Shown here piece after piece: positions 26,493 through 35,006 of a DNA stretch of 64,000 nucleotides. The notes beneath the pieces were generated by a model, which saw only the letters and a list, made by a program, of their open reading frames with translations, was not told the origin of the DNA and ran no database searches. Position 1 is the first letter of the stretch; the number at the start of each line of letters is the position of its first letter. Made by a program: the position numbers and the translations under genes. The DNA is taken from NCBI GenBank assembly GCA_965247115.1, contig CBDFGR010000003.1, positions 1,472,001 through 1,536,000 on the forward strand. The letters are read 5' to 3'. The DNA is from Myxococcota bacterium. Lineage in GTDB: Bacteria > Myxococcota_A > UBA9160 > SZUA-336.

Positions 26493-27614
26493 ATGAGCGA
26501 GTACACCGAGCGCTTGATCTCCGCCGATTCCCACGTCGTGGAACCCGCCGACCTCTGGACCACTCGGATGGATCGAGCCTGGCGCGATCGCGCACCGCGG
26601 ATTACCACGCTGGCCGACGGATGCGACTACATCGTGATCGACGGTCTGCGCCCACGCCCGATCGCCTTCGAGGGGGCGATGGCGGATCTCAAGGCCCAAG
26701 GGCTCGAGATCCCCGCGCCCAAGGGGTATCGATACGAAGACAATCGACCCGGGTGCTGGGATCCCGACGAGCGCATCAAGGACCAGGATCTCGACGGGGT
26801 GTCGGGCGAGGTGATCTATCCCGGAGTCGGCCTGACCCTCGTGCGCGCGCCCGACGCGGAATACCTCTACGCCAGCTGCCGCGCGTACAACGACTGGCTC
26901 GCAGAGTTCTGCGGCGCCTACCCGGAGCGCCTCAAGGGCGTCGCGATGCTGCCCAACCGCGGACCCATCGACTGGGCGATCAGCGAAGCGGAGCGCGCGG
27001 CAAAGCTCGGCTTTGAAAGTGTCATGCTCCCGGCTTGGAATGACGACGTGCCCTACAACTTGCCCGACTGGGATCCGCTCTGGGCCACCCTTCAGGACAT
27101 GGGCGTGGTGGCGAGCATCCACATCGGGGGTCGCGAAACCTATGGCAAGGCACACGGTCCCGGGGCCGGGGGCATCATCATCAGCCAGCTGCGCATCGAG
27201 ATGAGCGACCCACTGCTACGCCTGATCTGGGGCGGTGCGGCTGCGCGCTTCCCCGATATGCGCTGGGCCCTGGTCGAGAGCGGCATCGGCTGGATCGCGA
27301 ACGTGCTGGGCTTCATGGATCACTGGTGGACCGACCACCGCGGCTGGCTCGAACCCAAGCTCGACCTTCCCCCGACCGAATACTTCCGGCGCCAGTTCTA
27401 CGCGACCTTCGAAGACGACCGCGCGGGCGTGCTCACGCGCGAACTGATGGGCGAGGAGAATCTCATGTGGGGCTCCGACTACCCCCACACCGAAGGCGTG
27501 TGGCCATTCTCCCGGAAGCTCGTCGCGCAGAACTTCGCTGGAATCGACGCGGAGGCTACCCGAAAGATAGTCCACGACAACGCGGTCAAGCTGTACGGCT
27601 TTCCCTCGGGCTAG
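26493..27614 (+). CDS. Amidohydrolase_2 family protein
   Basis: ISADSHVVEP, RAYNDWLAEFC, VESGIGW, MWGSDYPH, NAVKLY. Confidence 0.92.
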   Translation: MSEYTERLISADSHVVEPADLWTTRMDRAWRDRAPRITTLADGCDYIVIDGLRPRPIAFEGAMADLKAQGLEIPAPKGYRYEDNRPGCWDPDERIKDQDLDGVSGEVIYPGVGLTLVRAPDAEYLYASCRAYNDWLAEFCGAYPERLKGVAMLPNRGPIDWAISEAERAAKLGFESVMLPAWNDDVPYNLPDWDPLWATLQDMGVVASIHIGGRETYGKAHGPGAGGIIISQLRIEMSDPLLRLIWGGAAARFPDMRWALVESGIGWIANVLGFMDHWWTDHRGWLEPKLDLPPTEYFRRQFYATFEDDRAGVLTRELMGEENLMWGSDYPHTEGVWPFSRKLVAQNFAGIDAEATRKIVHDNAVKLYGFPSG

Positions 27615-27679
27615 GGCTTGTCAAGCGCCCATCCGCGAGTCGATCGACCGTCGCAACGGTTTCGGCTAGCGCTAATGGC

Positions 27680-27835
27680 TTAGCGAGTGGCAACGTAGTA
27701 GATCACGTAGAGCCAGGAGAGTACGCCGTGAACGATCGCCCACAGGATTGACGAGTTATTGGACCAGGAGATGACGATCGCCAGCGCCGCGCCGAATCCG
27801 ATCCCGGATCTCGCGACCTCGGCTCTTACTGCCAT
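27680..27835 (-). CDS. Small two-helix membrane protein (51 aa)
   Basis: Hand translation MAVRAEVARSGIGFGAALAIVISWSNNSSILWAIVHGVLSWLYVIYYVATR with GGAAG upstream. Below the ORF-track cutoff. Confidence 0.8.
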   Translation of the reverse strand: MAVRAEVARSGIGFGAALAIVISWSNNSSILWAIVHGVLSWLYVIYYVATR

Positions 27836-28006
27836 AAGCGCTTCCTTCCGCTAATCCGCCTAGTATGCCGAGCGCGTCTGCGGGTGCAAAAGGCGAGGGA
27901 GAAGAAGCCCCACGTCAGCCAGTCGGCAACGCGAGCTTCCACCCGCGGACCAGGTACGTACGCTTGACGCCAGGCGCCCGCAGCGCCGATGCTACCGGGA
28001 TCGGCT

Positions 28007-28753
28007 ATGCGTACTCTCGCAAGAACTCCACATCCGCTCGCATTCGGCCACGGACGCAGGGGCGGCGCGCCTGCCTTGCGATCCGGCCCGCGAGTCCGCG
28101 CGATCTACGCGGCCAGCATCCTCGTGGCCGGCGTGCTTGCGCTCGTCTATCTCGCAGGGCTGGTTCAGCTGCTCGCCGCGGCGTCCCCGCCGGCACTCGC
28201 CGCGGGGCTGTTTGTGGGAGCGCTCGGCGCCGACCTGCTCACAGCGATGATTCACTGGGCGTGCGACACCTGGGGGAGCGAGGAGACGCCGTGGGTCGGA
28301 GCGGGGCTCATCAAGGGCTTTCGCGACCATCACGTCGATCCGCAAGGTATAGCTTGGCACGACTGGATCGAGGTGAACGGTGTGGCGGCGCTCGCAGCCA
28401 CCGCTGGCTTTCTGCTCTTCTCACCGTTTGCCTGGCAACTCGCGTCGGGAGGGCAGGTCTTCTGGTACGCAGGTTTGTGTTCGCTGATCTGCGTCGCTGC
28501 CGCTGCCAACCAACTTCACAAATGGGCGCACGTCCGAAACCCTCCGGCCGTCGTTCGCGGTCTTCAGCGGCTCGGCGCGATCCTTTCGGCCGGCTCTCAC
28601 GCCCAGCATCACCGGTCGCCTACCAAGCGCTACTGCGTCTCGTTGGGCTGGCTGAACGGTACGCTCGACAGCTTCCGCTTCTGGAGGAGTCTCGAGAGAT
28701 GCGTAGAAGCGGTCATGGGTGCTGAAGCTCGCAGCGGCACGGAGAGAACATGA
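28007..28753 (+). CDS. carF: CarF/TMEM189 family lipid desaturase (plasmanylethanolamine desaturase-like)
   Basis: His boxes HWACDTWG, FRDHH, HDW, QLHKWAH, HAQHH, and YCVSLGWLN...FRFWRSLE. Start uncertain. Confidence 0.85.
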   Translation: MRTLARTPHPLAFGHGRRGGAPALRSGPRVRAIYAASILVAGVLALVYLAGLVQLLAAASPPALAAGLFVGALGADLLTAMIHWACDTWGSEETPWVGAGLIKGFRDHHVDPQGIAWHDWIEVNGVAALAATAGFLLFSPFAWQLASGGQVFWYAGLCSLICVAAAANQLHKWAHVRNPPAVVRGLQRLGAILSAGSHAQHHRSPTKRYCVSLGWLNGTLDSFRFWRSLERCVEAVMGAEARSGTERT

Positions 28754-29265
28754 AGCTTGTCGACTGGCTGGCCGAACACGTTACCGATGATCCAAAGGCC
28801 ATGGAATGGTTCAACGAATCGGGATCGGACGAACGCATTGCGCTCGCGTACAAAGAGCTGCTCTGCGGCTACGAGATCGATCCGGCCAAGATCCTCAAGA
28901 CCACCCGCATGCTGCGCGAGGACGAGCGGCCCGGCCTCATCGAGGTCGTGGAGATCGACTTTCACTCGATCTGCGCCCACCACTTCCTGCCCTTCTTTGG
29001 AAAGGTCGACCTCGCCTATGTGCCCGGCGACAGAATCCTGGGCCTCGGCAAGCTCCCCCGGCTGGTGGATGCCCATGCTCGGCGCTTTCAGATCCAGGAG
29101 GATCTGGTTCGGGAGGTCGCGCACGCGATGATGGACCACGGCCACGCACAGGGAGTGAGGGTCCGGGCCCGTGCGCAACATCTGTGCATGTGCAGCCGTG
29201 GACCCTCCAGTGCGGGGTCCATTACGCACACGGAGTACGCGCTTGGGTGTATGGAGGAGGCGTAG
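28750..29265 (+). CDS. folE: GTP cyclohydrolase I (FolE)-like protein, divergent
   Basis: SICAHHFLPFFG, GLGKLPRLV, FQIQE, HLCMCSRG. ATGA overlap with carF. Confidence 0.8.
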   Translation: MKLVDWLAEHVTDDPKAMEWFNESGSDERIALAYKELLCGYEIDPAKILKTTRMLREDERPGLIEVVEIDFHSICAHHFLPFFGKVDLAYVPGDRILGLGKLPRLVDAHARRFQIQEDLVREVAHAMMDHGHAQGVRVRARAQHLCMCSRGPSSAGSITHTEYALGCMEEA

Positions 29266-30172
29266 TCCCCAATGCCAGGCTCTGCGCGCGGCGCTCTGCG
29301 CCTTGGCCTTCGCGATTGCCGCGGATGCCGGAGGCTCGGAGTTGGCGCGCGATGTGGATGCGAGCACCGGAGAAGCACTTGCGTTTGCGCTTCACGCTGC
29401 GCCGCTTCGCAGCCTCGACATTTCGGCGCTGTCTCGGATCGTCGAACCGAGTGTGCTTCGCGTCTTCGAGCCCCACGAGGAACGCGAGGCCGAGTTCCGC
29501 GCGATCCCGTTCGCCTCCGTGCTCGATTTCCTCTACGGCGACGACTGGAGCGCGCAGCCGGAGTTGCTGCTCCTTTTCACCTGCAGTGACGGCTACCAGC
29601 CCACGATTCCGGTGCAGCGCGTGCTGGAGCACGGAGCCTGGCTGGCGTTCGACCGCGTGGGCCAGGATGGCTTCTCCATCCGCAAGCTCGAGTCCGGCAG
29701 CCGAAAGAGGATCGATCTCTCGCCCTTCTACCTCATCTGGGACAACCTCGAGAGCGCACAGCTCCGCGAGGAGGCCGATTACGGCTGGCCGTACCAGCTG
29801 GTGGGCGTGGACCTCGTGCGAAGCCGCGACCGCTTTCCCCGTTCCGCGCCGGCCGAGGACGCCGCCCCCGAGGTCATCGCCGGCTACGCGGCCTTCGGTG
29901 TTCACTGCAATCGCTGCCACGCGATGAACGGCGAGGGCGGAGCGATCGGCCCCGAGCTCAACTCTCCGAGCAATCCGATCGAGTATCGGGAGCTCGACTG
30001 GCTGCGCAGCTGGATCGACGATCCCGCAAAGATCGTTCCGACCAGCCGGATGCCTCGCCTGAACCCGGCGCTCCGCAATCGAGGCGAGACCATCGAGAGC
30101 CTGCTCGCCTACATGGGCGCCATGTCAAAGCGCAAGCTCGAGCCAGAGAGGGAGCCCCCGGGTGCCCCCTGA
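29243..30172 (+). CDS. Periplasmic c-type cytochrome with N-terminal molybdopterin-oxidoreductase-like domain
   Basis: Signal-like N-terminus, CSDGY, PFYLIW, WPYQL, heme motif CNRCH, distal SRMP. Start uncertain. Confidence 0.8.
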   Translation: MGVWRRRSPQCQALRAALCALAFAIAADAGGSELARDVDASTGEALAFALHAAPLRSLDISALSRIVEPSVLRVFEPHEEREAEFRAIPFASVLDFLYGDDWSAQPELLLLFTCSDGYQPTIPVQRVLEHGAWLAFDRVGQDGFSIRKLESGSRKRIDLSPFYLIWDNLESAQLREEADYGWPYQLVGVDLVRSRDRFPRSAPAEDAAPEVIAGYAAFGVHCNRCHAMNGEGGAIGPELNSPSNPIEYRELDWLRSWIDDPAKIVPTSRMPRLNPALRNRGETIESLLAYMGAMSKRKLEPEREPPGAP

Positions 30173-30842
30173 CGCCGGCGTCTTTGAGACCTTCTACAAC
30201 GGACCGCTCCAGCACCCCGGTTTCTTGTGGATCGCCGCGGGGCTCGCGCTGGGCTTGTGCCTGTCGCGGCAGGGACTCCATCCGAGCCTGCGTGGCTACT
30301 GTGCGTTGCTCGGGCTGGTCTCGATCCTGGACGCCTGGCTCACCTCGGCCCACGTCTTCGGGTTGGGGGCACTGCCTTCGTCGCTGGCAAGCATCGTCCC
30401 GCTCTTCTTCGTCCTGGCCGGGGACTTCCGCTACCTGCTGGTGGTGTGGGCGGGAACGGCCGACGGCCGCCTCGCGCTGCGCCGCCGGAGCGTGCTCAGC
30501 GCGCTGGCGTTGACCGTGGTCGTCCCGCTGTCGACGCAGGTCGTGCTCAGCGCACTGCCCGAAACGATGAGCGGCGCCCGGGTCTTGTTCCTGATCTACG
30601 AGCTGTCGTTCACTGGGCTGACCCTGGCCCTTCTACGCTGGCATCCGAGCGCTCGCTCTCGGGGCTGGATTCGATCGTTGAGCTGGTTCGTGGTGCTGTA
30701 CTACGGATTGTGGGCCACGGCGGACATCATTATCCTCGGAACCGGATCGGACCTCGGCTACCTGCTGCGGATGCTCCCCAATCTTCTCTACTACGGTGGG
30801 CTCATCGCCGCGATCGGGTTGTCTGCGCCGAGGGCCTCTTGA
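30162..30842 (+). CDS. Multi-pass membrane protein
   Basis: About 7 hydrophobic segments; overlaps both neighbours. Confidence 0.75.
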   Translation: MPPDAGVFETFYNGPLQHPGFLWIAAGLALGLCLSRQGLHPSLRGYCALLGLVSILDAWLTSAHVFGLGALPSSLASIVPLFFVLAGDFRYLLVVWAGTADGRLALRRRSVLSALALTVVVPLSTQVVLSALPETMSGARVLFLIYELSFTGLTLALLRWHPSARSRGWIRSLSWFVVLYYGLWATADIIILGTGSDLGYLLRMLPNLLYYGGLIAAIGLSAPRAS

Positions 30843-31114
30843 ATCCGCGCAAGCTTGTCGCCTGGCTGCCCGCGCTGATTCTCCCCGGCGCGACCATCGC
30901 TCAGCTCCTGACGCTTGTGGAATCGGGGAGCGCGGAGAACGTGAGCCCGGTCACCTGGTTCATGTTCATGCTGGCCAACATCGGCGCGCTCTACCTTGGC
31001 AAGCCCCAGAGCGCGCTCGCCCGGCTCCAGATGGCGCTGGCCTTTGGATTGACCGCCCTGCTCGATCTGATCATCGTCGCGATCGTGATCGTCTACCAGG
31101 TGGGCGCGGAGTAG
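30839..31114 (+). CDS. Small 3-TM membrane protein (SemiSWEET/PQ-loop-like)
   Basis: TTGA overlap; AQLLTL...SAENVSPVTWFMF...; 91 aa. Confidence 0.6.
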   Translation: MNPRKLVAWLPALILPGATIAQLLTLVESGSAENVSPVTWFMFMLANIGALYLGKPQSALARLQMALAFGLTALLDLIIVAIVIVYQVGAE

Positions 31115-31262
31115 TATGGGGATCGACGCGGCCAGATTCGCGGAGCATGACGGTCGACGGGGGAGGGGCGGGCCGCCGCGGATCTGGTAGATTCGGTCAT
31201 CCATGGCGTCGCACGCGCAGCACACGAACGACATGCGCGCCACCGTCGCCGAGGGGTAGCTC

Positions 31263-34148
31263 GTGTACCTGATCCTGCTTGCCGCCCTGGTGGGTTCCGG
31301 AGCATGGCTCGTGATGGGAGGGGTTCGCCGTTCCCACCGTCCTCAGATTCGCCTCGGTATCTGCTGGCTCGTGGTCACCGTACTGTTGTTTGCTCTCCTC
31401 AGCTTCTGGGCCGAGATGCTCTGGTTCGGTGCCGTTGGGTACGCAGACCGCTTCTGGACGCTGGTTGCGACGAGGGTGGGAATGCTCGCGCTCGGTGCCG
31501 CGTTGGGAGGCCTCGGTGTTCACCTGCTGACGAGTCCTCTGGCGAAGACGGGCACGGCCTCCCGGACCTCGCTCGACCTGGTCGGTGGCTTCGGCGGAGG
31601 CATTTGGGGCTACGAGAGCTGGAACGAGGTCCTGCTCTTCGCGAACCGCGTACCGACGGAGCTGCGGGAGCCGATCTTCGGCCTCGAGGTCGGCTTCTAC
31701 ATGCTCGAGCTCCCGCTCTACGATCGCTTGTTCTGGCTGCTCTTGTGGATTTGCGGCGTGAGCCTGATTGCTGCCGTCGCGGCATCGTTCAGCCAGCGCG
31801 CGGACGGAACCATCCAGCTGCGTCGGCGGCGCGAGTTCGAAGGGGCTCGAGTTCATCCGATACTACTGATTGGTGCCGCCCTCGCCGTGGTGGTGACCTA
31901 TGGCACGGTCCTCGAAGCGTTCCACCTGCTGTACTCAACATGGGGAGTGGTAGCGGGCGCGGGCTGGAGCGACCTGCACATCCGCCTGCCGGCCCTCGTG
32001 GTGGTGGCGCTCGTGACACTGGGGCTCGGCCTGGCTCCTCTGCTACCAGGCGTCCGCGCCCGCTGGGAGGGCTGGCTGGTCGGACGAGCCGCGAGCCGGG
32101 CTCCCATCAGGCTCGTCACTCCGTCACGCGCTCGTTGGCGCAGCTGGCTCCGCAGCACGGGAGCCGCAGAGGCTCCGGAGCTTGCGGCCGCCGGCACCGC
32201 GTGGGCCGGAATCGCCGCCACCTGGCTCGTGGCGCTCTTGCTCGCGCCGCTCCTGGGACAGTGGCTGCTGGTAGAGCCCAACGAGATCACGCTCGAGAGG
32301 CGCTACATCGAGCACAACATCCAGTTCACACGCCACGGCTTCGGTCTCCACAAGGTAGAGGCCCGGCAGTTCCCGGCGACGGAGCAGTTCACCGACCAGA
32401 TGATGCGGGACAACGCGCACGTTCTGTCCGAAGTGCGGCTCTGGGATTGGCGTGCACTCGACGCAGTCTACAAGCAGTTCCAGGAGATCCGTCTCTACTA
32501 CGAATTTTTCAACGTGGACATGGACCGATACACGATCGGGGACCGCTACCGGCAGGTCATGGTGTCCGCCCGCGAGATGGCACAGCGGAACCTGCCGGCC
32601 CAGAGTCAGACCTTCGTGAACCAGCGCTTCAAGTACAGCCACGGCTACGGGCTCACCTTGAGCACCGTCAGCGACTTCACTCCGGACGGACTTCCGAACC
32701 TGCTGGTCAAGGACATTCCCCCACGCGCGGACGCGGAAGAGCTCCGGGTGGACCGTCCTCAGATCTACTATGGCGAGCTCACGAACTCTCCAGTGGTCGT
32801 CAACACCCGGGAGGAGGAGTTCGACTATCCGAGAGGAGACCAGAACGTCTACATCCGCTATCCAGGAAGAGGGGGTGTACAGCTTTCCAACTTCTGGCGG
32901 AAGCTCGTCTTCGGCTGGAGGTTCGACGGCACACAGTTCCTGGTCTCGAGCTATCCGACCGCCGAATCTCGCATCATGTTCCATCGCCAGATCCACGAGC
33001 GGGTTGCGATTCTGGCGCCGTTCCTGGAGTGGGACCCCGATCCGTACATTGTGCTGGTCGACGGGCGGCTGTTCTGGATCATCGACGGGTACACGACATC
33101 CACCTACTACCCTTATAGCGAGGCGTTCTCCTCGCGAGAGGTGATCGAGTATCGCGAGACGAGCCGCTCCCGCCGCCTGGCGAGCCGCGTCGCACCGCAC
33201 CTGGACGGCGTGAACTACGCCCGCAATTCCGTGAAGGCGGTCGTTGACGCGTTCGACGGGTCAGTGGATTTCTACGTCTTCGATCCAGATGATCCGCTGG
33301 TGCAGGTCTGGCAGCGGGCACTGCCTGGCCTCTTTCGAGACCGCGCCGAAATGCCAGCGGGTCTCCAGGCGCACGTGCGCTACCCCGAGAGCTTCTTGCT
33401 TGCCCAGGGTTTGGTGTACGCCAAGTACCACATGAGCGACCCTGCCGTGTTCTACAACCAGGAGGATCTCTGGGTCCGCGCTACGGAGAAGTATTACGAC
33501 GCTGTGCGCCCGGTGGAGCCCTACTACGTGATGTGGGAGCTCCCCGGTTCCGATCAGCCGGAGTTCGTCTCCGTCCTGCCCTTTACACCGAAGAGGCGCC
33601 AGGTGCTCATCGGCTGGATCGCGGGCCTATGCGACGGGGAGAACTATGGACGTCTGCTCGCGTACAAGTTCCCGAAGGAGAGGCGGGTGCTGGGCCCGCA
33701 GCAGGTGGAGACAAAGATCGATCAGGACCCCATCCTGTCCAGTCAGCTCACGCTGTGGGACCAACGGGGGTCCAGCGTGATACGCGGCAACGTGCTGGCG
33801 ATTCCGATCGAAGATGCGCTCCTCTATGTGGAGCCGATTTACCTGCAGGCCGATACCGCGGCGTACCCCGAGCTCCGGCTCGTGGTCGTGATGCATGGGG
33901 ACGCCATGAGCTATGCGGACACCTTCGAGGGCGCCCTGCAGGGCCTCTTCGATGGAGAGCGAAGAAACCAGCGCCCGTCGGATCTGCTGATGCCCGATGT
34001 GGCGGCGGCCAAAGGACTTGCACGGGAGGCGAACGAGTCCTTCGAGCGGTACCTGGAGCTGCAGGGGGCGCAGCGCTTCGAGGAGGCAGGCCGTGAGCTT
34101 CGCTCTCTGCGCGACATGTTACAGCGCCTGGCCGAGGGTGAGGATTAG
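31263..34148 (+). CDS. UPF0182 family membrane protein
   Basis: EMLWFGAVGY, EPNEITLERRYIEHNI, VRLWD, QEIRLYYEF, YSHGYG, NYARNSVKAVVDA, LLYVEPIYLQ. Confidence 0.93.
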   Translation: MYLILLAALVGSGAWLVMGGVRRSHRPQIRLGICWLVVTVLLFALLSFWAEMLWFGAVGYADRFWTLVATRVGMLALGAALGGLGVHLLTSPLAKTGTASRTSLDLVGGFGGGIWGYESWNEVLLFANRVPTELREPIFGLEVGFYMLELPLYDRLFWLLLWICGVSLIAAVAASFSQRADGTIQLRRRREFEGARVHPILLIGAALAVVVTYGTVLEAFHLLYSTWGVVAGAGWSDLHIRLPALVVVALVTLGLGLAPLLPGVRARWEGWLVGRAASRAPIRLVTPSRARWRSWLRSTGAAEAPELAAAGTAWAGIAATWLVALLLAPLLGQWLLVEPNEITLERRYIEHNIQFTRHGFGLHKVEARQFPATEQFTDQMMRDNAHVLSEVRLWDWRALDAVYKQFQEIRLYYEFFNVDMDRYTIGDRYRQVMVSAREMAQRNLPAQSQTFVNQRFKYSHGYGLTLSTVSDFTPDGLPNLLVKDIPPRADAEELRVDRPQIYYGELTNSPVVVNTREEEFDYPRGDQNVYIRYPGRGGVQLSNFWRKLVFGWRFDGTQFLVSSYPTAESRIMFHRQIHERVAILAPFLEWDPDPYIVLVDGRLFWIIDGYTTSTYYPYSEAFSSREVIEYRETSRSRRLASRVAPHLDGVNYARNSVKAVVDAFDGSVDFYVFDPDDPLVQVWQRALPGLFRDRAEMPAGLQAHVRYPESFLLAQGLVYAKYHMSDPAVFYNQEDLWVRATEKYYDAVRPVEPYYVMWELPGSDQPEFVSVLPFTPKRRQVLIGWIAGLCDGENYGRLLAYKFPKERRVLGPQQVETKIDQDPILSSQLTLWDQRGSSVIRGNVLAIPIEDALLYVEPIYLQADTAAYPELRLVVVMHGDAMSYADTFEGALQGLFDGERRNQRPSDLLMPDVAAAKGLAREANESFERYLELQGAQRFEEAGRELRSLRDMLQRLAEGED

Positions 34149-34158
34149 CGGGGAGTCG

Positions 34159-34971
34159 TCACGGACGCGCCGCGAACTCCGCGGCTGCGTCCTCCATGGT
34201 GTGGAAGACCGCGCCGCGCTCGAGCAGCTGCAGGATCAGCCGTTCGAGCATGAGCATCCTGTGGCCGCGCCCGATCACGAACGGGTGGCACGTGTACGTG
34301 AGCACGCCCCAATCCGTGATTCGAGTCATGTAGATGAAATCGTCGAGCCAGTTCTCGAGCACGCCGCCCGCGTTCCGGAGCCCCTGGCCACGCATGAACT
34401 CGAAGTGCGGATAGTCGTCCAGCGTCCAGCTGATCGGCATCTCTATGAGCGAGGTCTCCTCGCCGAACACCACGGGCTTGTCGAGCTCCATCACGTCGCC
34501 ACTGCGGGCGTGATAGGGCTGGTAGTCATGGCCCATCATGCTGCTCTCGTAGACGAAGGCGTGTTTCAGCAGCAGCTCGACCGTGTGCGGGCTCAGATCC
34601 CAGGCCGGCGAGCGGTAGCCTCTCGCCGGTTGCCCGCTGAGCTTGTGGATGGCGTCGTTCGCACGAACGAGCCCCGCCTCCTCTTGCTCCCGGGATAGCT
34701 GTGCCGGCGCAACGTGGAGCCAGCCGTGATGCGCGATCTCGTGGCCACCCTCGACGATCGCGTTACAGGCGTTTGGATAGGTCTCGATCGTGACGCCCGG
34801 AATGAACCACGTGGCCGGGATCCCGTACTTCTCGAGCAGGGTCAGAATCCGAGCGGCGCCGACCACACCGAACTCGCCGCGCGAGATCGGCGTCGGAGTC
34901 GTCTGTCCGCTCGCGATCAAGCCCGATACGGCGTCGAAGTCGAAGCTCAGGCAGACGATGTGCCTGGTCAT
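34159..34971 (-). CDS. Polysaccharide deacetylase (CE4) family protein
   Basis: LSFDFDA, ATWFIPG, HEIAHHGWLH, GYRSP, HPFVIGR. ATG 34971 after GGAG. Confidence 0.9.
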   Translation of the reverse strand: MTRHIVCLSFDFDAVSGLIASGQTTPTPISRGEFGVVGAARILTLLEKYGIPATWFIPGVTIETYPNACNAIVEGGHEIAHHGWLHVAPAQLSREQEEAGLVRANDAIHKLSGQPARGYRSPAWDLSPHTVELLLKHAFVYESSMMGHDYQPYHARSGDVMELDKPVVFGEETSLIEMPISWTLDDYPHFEFMRGQGLRNAGGVLENWLDDFIYMTRITDWGVLTYTCHPFVIGRGHRMLMLERLILQLLERGAVFHTMEDAAAEFAARP

Positions 34972-35006
34972 TTCTCCCCTCCGGTCATGAGGCCAGGCTG
35001 CTCGGA

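Noticed and set aside
17691..27900. Intact integrative island at tRNA-Arg
   Set aside because: No integrase gene and no duplicated tRNA-Arg 3' end found by eye.
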